Origin: a virus
Taxonomy: Duplodnaviria; Heunggongvirae; Uroviricota; Caudoviricetes
Strand: one strand, 5' to 3'
DNA length: 35,094 nt
IMG/VR virus record: IMGVR_UViG_2541047854_000004
Every line of letters begins with the position of its first letter. Within the stretch, counting starts at the first letter, position 1. Below the pieces are notes generated by a model. It was not told the origin of the DNA. It saw only the letters and a program-made list of their open reading frames with translations, and did not search any database. This document shows positions 1-7,837 of the stretch, one piece after another. Made by a program: the position numbers and the translations under genes.

Positions 1-1314
1 TTAACTTACTGATTTTAATAAGCCTCTGGTGTCACTTTGGTGACTATGGGGCATCATTGGGACATAATCTGTCAGCTTCTGATTCAGCATTGCGATCTGT
101 TCTGCATTGCTGTCAGTCATCCATGCTCCGTATACATTGAATACCATCTGGGCACTTGCATGGCCCATCTGGCTGGCAATGAAGCTTGGGTTTGCTCCGG
201 CAGATAATGACCAGCACGCATAAGTGTGTCGTGACTGGTATGCCTTTCGATGCCTGATCCCTGCACGCTTAATGGCTGTTTCCCATGAGTCACCTACAGA
301 ATCGACTTTGTAGACAAAACCTACCTGTTCGCTTTTTCTAACCACTTGAGGGTTAAACACGAAAGTACATTCATGGTTCACTGAACGTCCATATTCACGT
401 AGTTGCACCTTGATGTTGTACTGCTTACCCAGTCTTGTCATTTCAGCCTGATTTTTCAGGACACTGATAGCGGGCTGGATAAGGTGCACAACCCTGTTTG
501 TGCTTGCTTCAGTTTTCGGTAGAGTGAACTCACCAAGTTTCGTATAATTGCGCCTGATGGTAATTGTTCCTGCCTTCAGATCGATATCTTCCCAGGCCAG
601 GGAGACCAGTTCACCGTGACGCATTCCTGTGTACACAGCCAATGACCACAGGTTTTTCGTCTGCTGATGTCGGCAAGCATCTATCAGGCGAATAAATTCG
701 TCACGAGTTAGCGGATCTGGCTCTGCCCTGGCTCTTTTAAGAGGCTTAATTCCCTGGAAGGGATTTGCTTCTAAGTAACCGTGATCTGCAGCAAACTGAA
801 ACATTCCAGCGATTGTCGTCATGTAATAATTTACAGTAACGACGCTCCGTCCTTTTGCTGCTGCTTTGTTTTTCGTTGAATTCTGATACCCGGTAAGCAA
901 ATCTTTCCTGATATACAGCAATTCCTCTTTGGTTACCGATGACACCAGTCTACTGCCTCCAATTTTCGGAACCATCGTTCTTGCAACGGATTCATAGCGA
1001 TTGAATGCATTTGCAGAGATTTCCATTCGTTTCAGATCCAGCCACTTTTCTTCAAGTTCCTTCACCGTAATTTCTTTTTTACTTACCCCAAAAGCCTGAA
1101 GGTTGGGGGAGTCAGGGAACTGTGCAGCATAATCAAAGCTTCCTGTGCGGATGGCAAAACATACTGATGTCCGCAGTTCCCCGGCGATCTTCCTGTTCTT
1201 GGCAGTGTCAGGGACACCAAGATTTTCCCTGACACGTTTACCTTTAAAATTAAACCAGATGCGTAATGTGCCGCCGTGGTTTTCGACGCCTGTTGGATAT
1301 TTGACTTTATCCAT
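1..1314 (-). CDS. int: Phage integrase, tyrosine recombinase family
   Basis: 437-aa ORF at the prophage end; C-terminal catalytic region ...LAVYTGMRHGELVSLAWEDIDL...RHTYACWSLSAGANPSFIASQMGHASAQMVFNVYGAWM typical of tyrosine recombinases (R..H..R..Y pattern). Stop at window position 1-3, so attL is expected just outside the window. Confidence 0.9.
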   Translation of the reverse strand: MDKVKYPTGVENHGGTLRIWFNFKGKRVRENLGVPDTAKNRKIAGELRTSVCFAIRTGSFDYAAQFPDSPNLQAFGVSKKEITVKELEEKWLDLKRMEISANAFNRYESVARTMVPKIGGSRLVSSVTKEELLYIRKDLLTGYQNSTKNKAAAKGRSVVTVNYYMTTIAGMFQFAADHGYLEANPFQGIKPLKRARAEPDPLTRDEFIRLIDACRHQQTKNLWSLAVYTGMRHGELVSLAWEDIDLKAGTITIRRNYTKLGEFTLPKTEASTNRVVHLIQPAISVLKNQAEMTRLGKQYNIKVQLREYGRSVNHECTFVFNPQVVRKSEQVGFVYKVDSVGDSWETAIKRAGIRHRKAYQSRHTYACWSLSAGANPSFIASQMGHASAQMVFNVYGAWMTDSNAEQIAMLNQKLTDYVPMMPHSHQSDTRGLLKSVS

Positions 1315-1369
1315 CGATACCTCCAGACGCCCAAGAGCGATACGAGCTTACATATTTCATGATATTAAA

Positions 1370-1606
1370 TCACCTAGGTTGTTTGTTTTTCATTGAGGCG
1401 ACCCAGGCATCTATTGCTTTTCTGTTATACATACATTCACTGGAAGGCTTTGGATTACCGTCTGGTGATACGTGAATATACTCTCTTCCAACCATCCAGC
1501 ATTCTTTCCGGGCCCGAAGAATTGTGCCTGGTTTGAGCCCGGTAATTGCGATAAGAACGCTTTCACAAACCCATTCATTGGGAGCCAGTTGAATCACATT
1601 GCCCAT
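1370..1606 (-). CDS. xis: Excisionase-like DNA-binding protein
   Basis: 78-aa ORF immediately upstream of int on the same strand; GAGG Shine-Dalgarno 7 nt before the ATG; size and position typical of lambdoid Xis. Family call by position, not by recognised motif. Confidence 0.6.
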   Translation of the reverse strand: MGNVIQLAPNEWVCESVLIAITGLKPGTILRARKECWMVGREYIHVSPDGNPKPSSECMYNRKAIDAWVASMKNKQPR

Positions 1607-1614
1607 GTATTACC

Positions 1615-1761
1615 TCACACAACACTCAGCCCACGGCAGTGGCAACACACTTCAAACATTCGCTTCACAACTTCACGACAGTAGAAGCCGTCAACATCTC
1701 GCGTCAGGTCATAGCGATTGCCGTAACGCTGGTGGACCCATCGTTCAAATGCTTTATTCAT
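1615..1761 (-). CDS. Small Cys-rich hypothetical protein (48 aa, MNKAFERWVHQRYGNRYDLTRDVDGFYCREVVKRMFEVCCHCRGLSVV)
   Basis: Not in the supplied ORF track (under 60 aa). AAGGAAG Shine-Dalgarno 9 nt upstream; fills the gap between flanking genes; stop overlaps the xis RBS. C-terminal CxxxxxxxxxxCCHC could bind zinc. Confidence 0.4.
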   Translation of the reverse strand: MNKAFERWVHQRYGNRYDLTRDVDGFYCREVVKRMFEVCCHCRGLSVV

Positions 1762-1764
1762 TCT

Positions 1765-2043
1765 TTACTTCCTTTTTATGGCTCGTAATTTTTTCAGGTG
1801 CTTTTCCTGCTCAGTGTCCGCGAGAATTTTGCGGTACTCCTGGTGGTCAATATGTTCGAACAGGCAGTTTAACTCACCAATGCGTACCCGCCCGGATCGT
1901 CCGTCCATCCGTCGAAAGAACACTGAGTGCTCAGTGATGCGAGTAATCACCACGGGGTATCCAGCTCTGTCCGTGTATATCTGACCGCGTTGAATCAAAG
2001 CGAACATGTGGTTATCCCCATCGACAAATCGAGAACACAACAA
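1765..2043 (-). CDS. Small phage protein, paralogous to the 8933-9124 product (DUF4222-like; family name from memory)
   Basis: 92-aa ORF; motif ...DRAGYPVVITRI...GRVRIGELNCLFEHI... aligns with ...[12 protein letters not shown]...[20 protein letters not shown]... of the 8933 ORF. True start may be the internal Met (MFALIQ). Confidence 0.55.
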   Translation of the reverse strand: MLCSRFVDGDNHMFALIQRGQIYTDRAGYPVVITRITEHSVFFRRMDGRSGRVRIGELNCLFEHIDHQEYRKILADTEQEKHLKKLRAIKRK

Positions 2044-2091
2044 ACGCTGCTGCGAATACCACCCCCAGAGTTACGATTGCATCAGGCCAGC

Positions 2092-2604
2092 TCATTGATT
2101 CACCTCCTGCCTGTCGTCCGGCATTCGCTCACTACAGCTTATCCAACCATCCGGAGTTACCGGAGAGCTGGTTGACGCTTCCGGGATTTTCCGAAAATTA
2201 TTGGTTGACGAATCTTTATTTTCCCGAAAGTTTCCGGACTGAAGCATGGCTTCGCGGCAATCGTTCCAGCCTGTAGCGTATGCAGCCGCTTTGCTGCTGC
2301 CTTCAACTGGCGCATCCTGCCAATACATTTCTTCCGGCACTATCGGCGCTGGAGGGGCGGCAAATAGATATCCGCCAAAGTCAGGAAGCTCTCTAATGGC
2401 CTGTACGAATTTTTGTTTGCCTACGTCAACTCCTAATGGGTAATGAGCTATAATCTTTGCCACCGGCTCTGCTGCCAGTGATGCCAGCGCAATCCGTGCC
2501 AGCTCTTCCGCTTCTTCTGCTGGAAGCACAACGTTGCTACCCGGTCCGTATGTTTCGCGCCACTGCTTGATTGTCAGCAGTCGCTCTTTGGTTATAGTGG
2601 TCAT
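2092..2604 (-). CDS. Hypothetical early protein, possibly DUF551-like (Trp-rich C-terminus GWISCSERMPDD)
   Basis: 170-aa ORF in tight same-strand packing with neighbours; domain call tentative. Confidence 0.5.
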   Translation of the reverse strand: MTTITKERLLTIKQWRETYGPGSNVVLPAEEAEELARIALASLAAEPVAKIIAHYPLGVDVGKQKFVQAIRELPDFGGYLFAAPPAPIVPEEMYWQDAPVEGSSKAAAYATGWNDCREAMLQSGNFRENKDSSTNNFRKIPEASTSSPVTPDGWISCSERMPDDRQEVNQ

Positions 2605-2614
2605 GTGTTACTCC

Positions 2615-2878
2615 TTAACCCGCAGTGCTTTCAACTGATGAGGGGAACAAAATCTTTTCATCAAACCCTGCATTCATATCATGGACAGCAACACACCAAT
2701 CCATCGACGAACGATTATCAAGAGCCTCCATGATTTCATCCATGCGGCGTAGGTCATACAGGTAAATGGTTTTATCGCCAATGGTGTAAAAACCAATTTT
2801 TTTTGGTGATGGACAGCGATCAAGAACGTCCTGTAATTCATTCAACCATGCCCGTTCTTTTTTTGTTAAAGTGGCCAT
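2615..2878 (-). CDS. Hypothetical early protein
   Basis: 87-aa ORF, same strand, about 10-bp spacing from neighbours. Confidence 0.5.
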   Translation of the reverse strand: MATLTKKERAWLNELQDVLDRCPSPKKIGFYTIGDKTIYLYDLRRMDEIMEALDNRSSMDWCVAVHDMNAGFDEKILFPSSVESTAG

Positions 2879-2879
2879 A

Positions 2880-3479
2880 TCACTCTCCTTTGATACGAAT
2901 GTCAGCGACGCGTAATGCGTGTTCTAGGTCAATCAGGTAAAGCCAACTGCCATTTTCTTTAGGTATCATGACTTGTCGCTCATCTGCATTTATCGGGTGT
3001 CCATATCGAAGGTCGTAGCGAGTCGGTAATTGAACTTCCCGCGCTTCCAGTTCAGCAATACGCTTGCACCCATCAGAGATAACTCCCTCGTAATACTCGC
3101 GCTGCTCGTTGAGTTTTGATTTTGTCTCCTCAAGCTCAACGCGCAGCTTCCCTACCGTTAGCGCAATATCCTCGTTCTCCTGGTCGCGGCGTTTGATGTA
3201 TTGCTGGTTTCTTTCCTGTTCATCCAGCAGTGCCAGCACGGTAGCCGGGTTAGCCTCTGCTATGAATTCAGCGTTTGCATAAGCCTGAGCATCTGTTTCA
3301 ACCAGGCAGTTAACGTGACATTCTGCAATTACGCCACCGGGTTCTCCTTTCCATTTTTGACAAACAAAAACTCCTGTTAAATTGCCGTGTTGGTTAACAG
3401 ATGTATGCCCTACGATGTAGCTTCCTTTAGTTGCTTTCTCTGCCTTTTCACGCAGTACCTGATAGTTAATGTTGCTCAC
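2880..3479 (-). CDS. Ea22-like family protein
   Basis: 199-aa ORF with a central coiled-coil-like charged region (LNEQREYYEGVISDGCKRIAELEAREVQ) typical of Ea22-like early proteins in lambdoid prophages; call from memory of the family. Confidence 0.55.
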   Translation of the reverse strand: MSNINYQVLREKAEKATKGSYIVGHTSVNQHGNLTGVFVCQKWKGEPGGVIAECHVNCLVETDAQAYANAEFIAEANPATVLALLDEQERNQQYIKRRDQENEDIALTVGKLRVELEETKSKLNEQREYYEGVISDGCKRIAELEAREVQLPTRYDLRYGHPINADERQVMIPKENGSWLYLIDLEHALRVADIRIKGE

Positions 3480-3715
3480 TGGTTGCCTCCTTTACGGATC
3501 TGCGCTGCGATGCACGAAAAAAAAGACTTTCGCGTATGACTGTTAAGAGCTGGCGCGAACGCCGCGTTAAGAACGGCGGCATCACAGCCGTCATCGATAT
3601 AGAGCGCAATTTTTTTCTCCAGGCGTGCTTTGGCTTCCTGCAACTGCATATCCCGGCACGCACGCGGGATATACTCAGCAATTTGAGCGATAGATTTTTC
3701 GTTCTGTTTAAACAT
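3476..3715 (-). CDS. Hypothetical early protein
   Basis: 79-aa ORF; its stop overlaps the start of the downstream gene (translational coupling). Preferred over the Arg-rich alternative frame 3466-3828. Confidence 0.5.
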   Translation of the reverse strand: MFKQNEKSIAQIAEYIPRACRDMQLQEAKARLEKKIALYIDDGCDAAVLNAAFAPALNSHTRKSFFSCIAAQIRKGGNQ

Positions 3716-3911
3716 GCTTCACCTCGATAGGCTTGATGGTATCGATCAGCAGTCGGCGGCGAGTATTTTCTGCAAAGTGGCGGCGTCCGGTTTCTTTGTG
3801 GTAAAACTCGTTTTTTCCGACGACCCACATCCGCTTTGTCTGGTGCAGTTTTTTTACCTGCGGACCGTCTCGGGTGATAACAATTCCTGTATGAGTTTTT
3901 ATCACGCTCAT
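3708..3911 (-). CDS. Hypothetical early protein
   Basis: 67-aa ORF; start overlaps the stop of the upstream gene and stop overlaps the next start. Confidence 0.45.
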   Translation of the reverse strand: MSVIKTHTGIVITRDGPQVKKLHQTKRMWVVGKNEFYHKETGRRHFAENTRRRLLIDTIKPIEVKHV

Positions 3912-4270
3912 TTTTTATTCTTCGGTGCTTTCGGCATTACTGCCCAGTGAGTGATATTGACGTTTTCAAGGTCCCCGACCTGAAATGTCCACAGCCATTC
4001 TCCGGTTTCTTTTTGTCCCCAGGTGTACCAGAGAGAACGCCAGCCAATTAGCCAGCCTTCTCCGTTAGCATCAAATAACAGAACACTTTCATTTGCTGGC
4101 GGCAGTTCAGCTGACACTGGTATTATTTTGTTTTCCAGTGCCGCACATTTAGCTTCAAGCGCATCGAATTTACGTACCAGGTACTCAGCATTTGTTTCAT
4201 TCACTTTCAGATCTCGTGGTACACATTTCCCGCGAAGAAACCCTTCCATTTCGAAAACATTCATGCGCAT
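3908..4270 (-). CDS. Hypothetical early protein, possibly DUF551-like
   Basis: 120-aa ORF; Trp-rich C-terminal half (GWLIGWRSLWYTWGQKETGEWLW...THWAVMPKAP). Domain call tentative. Confidence 0.5.
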   Translation of the reverse strand: MRMNVFEMEGFLRGKCVPRDLKVNETNAEYLVRKFDALEAKCAALENKIIPVSAELPPANESVLLFDANGEGWLIGWRSLWYTWGQKETGEWLWTFQVGDLENVNITHWAVMPKAPKNKK

Positions 4271-4797
4271 TTGCGTAACTCCGATAACTCGTTAAAACGT
4301 TCCATAAACATCCCGTAGGCATGGCCTGGCGACAGTGGAATCACTTTGAACATCTCTGTTGCCGGGATACCTTCCAGTACAGGCCAGAAAGAGCTATCAT
4401 CAAGCCCGAGATCGCGGCGTTCGGTTGCCAGCATGATGAGATCGGCATATTTCACGGGCGTGCTCATAACCGGGGGTAACCCGTATTTCTCACGGATTAC
4501 GGCGTCTATTTTTTCTTCCATCCGTTTATAGTCAGGAAGAAGGCGTTTCAGTGGAGCGGGAATATCCTGGCAATACGCTTCTGTTGCATCATGCATTAAC
4601 GCTTCAAAAGCAAATTCCTGCGGCACCAGCTGGCTGCAAAGCACCGCATGTTGGGCGACACTGTAGAAGTGAGAAAGATGATCGGCAAAGCGGCAGATAT
4701 TTGAAAGGGAAACCGCGATATCGTTAATCACGATGTCGTCTTTATTTATCCTGTCATAATAAAAATGCTTCCCGGAAAAAGTTTTAATAAATGACAT
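4261..4797 (-). CDS. HD-domain phosphohydrolase
   Basis: His ... His-Asp metal-binding signature (VAQHAVL ... ALMHDATEAY). Start placed at the internal ATG (MSFIKTF) preceded by GGAGAACAAA; the ORF-track start at 4866 is probably an upstream extension. Confidence 0.7.
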   Translation of the reverse strand: MSFIKTFSGKHFYYDRINKDDIVINDIAVSLSNICRFADHLSHFYSVAQHAVLCSQLVPQEFAFEALMHDATEAYCQDIPAPLKRLLPDYKRMEEKIDAVIREKYGLPPVMSTPVKYADLIMLATERRDLGLDDSSFWPVLEGIPATEMFKVIPLSPGHAYGMFMERFNELSELRKCA

Positions 4798-4839
4798 TTT
4801 GTTCTCCACGTTATATGCGCTGCACCGCTCTGAATTTTG

Positions 4840-4883
4840 ATTGCAGCAATCCAGCCCATTTGACATGGGATGATTGCTGCAAT
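4840..4883. repeat. Perfect 12-bp inverted repeat (ATTGCAGCAATC ... GATTGCTGCAAT) with 20-nt loop containing a nested CCCAT/ATGGG pair
   Basis: Read directly; lies between the RdgC-like stop (4888) and the HD gene start (4797); followed by a T7 run on the plus strand. Confidence 0.6.
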
Positions 4884-4887
4884 TTTT

Positions 4888-5805
4888 TTAAGTTGTTGGA
4901 TTTTGGCTTTTATCTTCTTTGTAAGAAAGAAGGTCACACATCAAATTAACTACCTTGCTGAATTGGAAAAGGTCAGCGCCAGTCTGATGACGCCACTGGA
5001 ATGCTTTATCATCTTCATCATTAAATGTCTGAGATTGAGTATTGATGCGCGAAAAATGGAAATTTTCGGTAAGAATGAAGGTCACACCGCAACCGGATAA
5101 CTCCATTTTATCAGCAGTGAAACTACTACTAAGGCTATCGGCCAGTTCGCTTTGAATTGACTCATGCTCAGCTGAGTAGCGAATAATTTCCTTTTGATCT
5201 GCGTAGCGTGATAGCTGAATATAATTTCCGACAGTGAATCCTTCAAATGCATTGGCTGCACCATTGATGTAGTTATTCAGGCGTGTAGTCAGTCCATTCT
5301 TGATATCACTGATGTTGATTGTTTCTGTTTTCACTGAACCGACAACCTTAATCAGCATTGCGCATACCATACCGGCTATTATTTTATTGGTTGTGTTGAT
5401 TACCAATAATTTCTCATCAGTGCTGTACAATGCAAGAATCAGCGTAGACTTAACAAATGCCTGTTTGCATAGATCTACTCGTACGTTATCAATAATGGCC
5501 AGTCGTTCGGCACGCTTTAATTTATTCCCGGACATATTTTCGATTGTTTGGATTCGAGAATTAGCTTCTTTCATGACGACATGTCGGGGAATTATTTTCT
5601 GATCATGACGGATTACCATTGCGTACCCACCAGATATCGGAGTTACCAGTTCACCAGTGACAGGATTCTCTACAAAAGAGGACCGTGAAAATTCTGTTTC
5701 CCCGATTTCAGAATAAGGGAGTTCGAGAAGATGACCTTCAATAGCCTGTATACTAGGTAATGTTGCTCGGTACACAATTGCGTTACGAAATTTTGGTAAT
5801 TTCAT
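4888..5805 (-). CDS. RdgC-like recombination-associated protein
   Basis: About 305 aa from the ATG with GAGG RBS (MKLPKFRNAIVYRATLPS...), matching the size and N-terminal FKN.MVYR-type motif of RdgC as I recall it. ORF-track start at 5955 is an unsupported extension. Gene is AT-rich. Confidence 0.65.
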   Translation of the reverse strand: MKLPKFRNAIVYRATLPSIQAIEGHLLELPYSEIGETEFSRSSFVENPVTGELVTPISGGYAMVIRHDQKIIPRHVVMKEANSRIQTIENMSGNKLKRAERLAIIDNVRVDLCKQAFVKSTLILALYSTDEKLLVINTTNKIIAGMVCAMLIKVVGSVKTETINISDIKNGLTTRLNNYINGAANAFEGFTVGNYIQLSRYADQKEIIRYSAEHESIQSELADSLSSSFTADKMELSGCGVTFILTENFHFSRINTQSQTFNDEDDKAFQWRHQTGADLFQFSKVVNLMCDLLSYKEDKSQNPTT

Positions 5806-6262
5806 TCTATTTTCCTCTGCACAATGTATTAGTTTCTCCACAAAACAGAGAAGAACACCTGCGGTGGCAGCCGCCCGGATGGATTGGGTTATGAGCCCGT
5901 CGTCCGGTGATGCTCTTCTCTGTTTTGTAAAAAGAGCGGTACCAGCCGGAAGCAAGTGTACAAACTGGTACCGCCAAAGCAGTGGCTGTTGTGGTGACCG
6001 GTGCTGATCTCCGGCTTGCGGTTATTTCAGACTCTCACGGGCGTTTAATTGCCCCGCCGAACAGCTCTTTTCCGCAATAGCTGCAATGTCTTTCGCGCAT
6101 CAGCCTGCGCATTCACCACAACGCTAAGGATTCTCTCTGGTTGAAAATACTTAGCTGTTATGTGCCTGCTTTTAGCCACATCAGGCGAGGTGGACCTGGT
6201 TATTCCCCAACAACAAGGATTTGGTTATTATGTAACCCTCCCCAACAACGATAAGGATTTAT

Positions 6263-6352
6263 ATGGATCTATGTGTAGATAAGTATGAGGAGAGGCATGT
6301 GCCGTTAAGACAAAAGCCTCCAGTTCCTCCAAAACCACCCAAGGAAAACTGA
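6263..6352 (+). CDS. Micro-ORF 1, 29 aa, MDLCVDKYEERHVPLRQKPPVPPKPPKEN
   Basis: AAGGA 5 nt upstream of the ATG; stop 7 nt before the ATG of the membrane-protein gene; C-terminal Pro/Lys tract shared with micro-ORFs 2 and 3. Confidence 0.4.
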   Translation: MDLCVDKYEERHVPLRQKPPVPPKPPKEN

Positions 6353-6359
6353 GACTAAT

Positions 6360-6854
6360 ATGACCAGAGACGATTATAAATTTTATGTTCACTACTCTTA
6401 TGTATTGGAGAAGATGAATTACACGTTGTTAACTCGCATTGATAAATTAATAACGTTGATGTTAATCGTTCTCGGTTTTTCAGTTTTCGCCCCGTACAGT
6501 AATTTATTTATTTTCGGTTTGTTTGTTGCCGTACTTTCGGTTCTTCAGTTGGTCTATCAGTTTGGCCAAGAGGCTGGAATGTCTAAAGAGCAAGCGAGGC
6601 ATTACAAAAGACTGCTGATTGAGTCTGATACCCTTCCTGAAGATCAGTTGCAAGCTAGGTATTTAAAAATCCAAGATACTGATAGTAATCCATGGAAATC
6701 ACTTGAACGAGCGGCTTTCATTCGGGCCTGTATTTTTGCTGGTGTTCCAACTAAGTACGATTTAACAACCAAAGAAAAATTTATAGCTTGGTGTGCGGGA
6801 GATCTACCTCTAGAGAATGAACTAACGGATATTAATGATGACCAACAAGCATAA
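6360..6854 (+). CDS. Two-TM membrane protein, 164 aa; candidate superinfection-exclusion or abortive-infection effector
   Basis: Two adjacent hydrophobic helices (LITLMLIVLGFSVFA and LFIFGLFVAVLSVLQLV) then a charged ~100-aa domain; AT-rich codon usage unlike flanking phage genes; position equivalent to sieB/rex-type morons. Function is inference. Confidence 0.6.
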   Translation: MTRDDYKFYVHYSYVLEKMNYTLLTRIDKLITLMLIVLGFSVFAPYSNLFIFGLFVAVLSVLQLVYQFGQEAGMSKEQARHYKRLLIESDTLPEDQLQARYLKIQDTDSNPWKSLERAAFIRACIFAGVPTKYDLTTKEKFIAWCAGDLPLENELTDINDDQQA

Positions 6855-6909
6855 TCCAGTTCACGGACATGTACCTCCGAAGCCGAAACCACCGAAACCG
6901 AAGAAATGA
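6835..6909 (+). CDS. Micro-ORF 2, 24 aa, MMTNKHNPVHGHVPPKPKPPKPKK
   Basis: Starts inside the 3' end of the membrane gene in another frame; weak RBS; C-terminal tract paralogous to micro-ORF 1. Confidence 0.3.
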   Translation: MMTNKHNPVHGHVPPKPKPPKPKK

Positions 6910-6928
6910 GACATAATAGGATTGGATA

Positions 6929-6997
6929 ATGAGTCGACCAATAGAGCCTTTTCATATTCCACCTCGTCCCAGGCCACCAGATCCAGGCCCAAAGTGA
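6929..6997 (+). CDS. Micro-ORF 3, 22 aa, MSRPIEPFHIPPRPRPPDPGPK
   Basis: AGGA 7 nt upstream of the ATG; Pro/Arg-rich tract; followed by an intrinsic terminator. Confidence 0.4.
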   Translation: MSRPIEPFHIPPRPRPPDPGPK

Positions 6998-7020
6998 GGG
7001 TTACTGATTTTTAAAGAGCG

Positions 7021-7044
7021 AAGCGTCCGGTAGGGCGCTTTTTT
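7021..7044 (+). terminator. Rho-independent terminator closing the plus-strand island
   Basis: Stem AAGCGTCC / GGGCGCTT (one G-U pair), tetraloop GGTA, then T6. Confidence 0.5.
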
Positions 7045-7159
7045 GGTACTAACGAATCATCCTGGACTTCATATGCCCCAGGCGGCTACTTCGTGGGCGT
7101 CCTGCCTGTTCGTTATCTTTGATATAAAATCTAACTTAACTTAGTTTTAATGGCAAGAG

Positions 7160-7191
7160 AAAACACCAAACTTTTCTTAGTTCGGTGTTTT
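7160..7191 (-). terminator. Putative terminator downstream of the repressor gene (minus strand)
   Basis: AT-rich 12-bp stem AAAACACCAAAC / GTTCGGTGTTTT (one mismatch), U-rich 3' arm on the minus-strand transcript, about 20 nt after the cI stop. Confidence 0.35.
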
Positions 7192-7210
7192 GGTTAGAGA
7201 AAAGGGGGGG

Positions 7211-7837
7211 CTAGAGTTCGTATTGAACTCCTTTGACTACACCAATGATGAGGCAATTACCATTGATCGGGATGTTGGGGTACCGGGGATTTAATGGCAC
7301 TAAAAACTTTTGAGGGCCATCGATAACTAATTTTTTTACTGTGGCTTCGTTTGTTCCATCAAGTCTAGCGATGACTATTTTTCCATGCCGGGGTTCTGCA
7401 TCAGGATCTACAATCACTGTTGCGCCTTCTGGTATTGTTGGGAGGCCGTTAGGGTTAGTCATGGAGTCGCCTTTAACCTCCAATGCAAATGAGTTATCAC
7501 CAATCTTTAATGATGTATCTACCCACTTGTCTACTTCACTAAACACTTCTGCTGTCCTGCACTCAGTAAACTGCCCAGCCTGAACCCACGAGATTACAGG
7601 AACTCTGCGCATGTTTGTGACGAGTTTGCCTTCAAACTCCGCACCATAAAGAATGTAATCTATTGACGTATTGAAGAACTTCGCTAATTTTGAAAGTGCT
7701 TCCCCACCAGGGACATTGATGTCTTTCTCCCAGTACCCCACAGCAACGTCACTTACTCCACAAAATTTACCCAATTCTTTCTGGGACGTTCTGGTAACTC
7801 TTCTCAGAGCTTTTATACGCTGACCAACCGTTTCCAT
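7211..7837 (-). CDS. cI: CI-like prophage repressor (N-terminal HTH, C-terminal S24 LexA-type autopeptidase)
   Basis: N-terminal HTH (QKELGKFCGVSDVAVGYWE); C-terminal domain with the Ser nucleophile in GDSM and a downstream Lys (KGDSMTNPNG ... VKKLV); divergent from cro. Confidence 0.9.
   Translation of the reverse strand: METVGQRIKALRRVTRTSQKELGKFCGVSDVAVGYWEKDINVPGGEALSKLAKFFNTSIDYILYGAEFEGKLVTNMRRVPVISWVQAGQFTECRTAEVFSEVDKWVDTSLKIGDNSFALEVKGDSMTNPNGLPTIPEGATVIVDPDAEPRHGKIVIARLDGTNEATVKKLVIDGPQKFLVPLNPRYPNIPINGNCLIIGVVKGVQYEL

Noticed and set aside
1083-1396. Track ORFs 1083-1334 (-) and 1145-1396 (+)
   Set aside because: They lie inside or antisense to the integrase gene, have no RBS and non-protein-like composition.
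1472-1937. Plus-strand track ORFs 1472-1684 and 1599-1937
   Set aside because: Antisense to the tightly packed minus-strand early genes; no start signals.
3466-3828. 120-aa Arg-rich minus-strand ORF from the track
   Set aside because: Overlaps two better-supported, translationally coupled ORFs (3476-3715 and 3708-3911) in another frame; composition looks like out-of-frame translation.
4870-5100. 76-aa plus-strand ORF
   Set aside because: Antisense to the 3' end of the RdgC-like gene; its hydrophobic run reflects the AT-rich complement.
6644-6955. 103-aa minus-strand ORF antisense to the island
   Set aside because: Ser/Val-rich low-complexity translation opposite the membrane-protein gene and micro-ORFs; a real antisense gene cannot be fully excluded.
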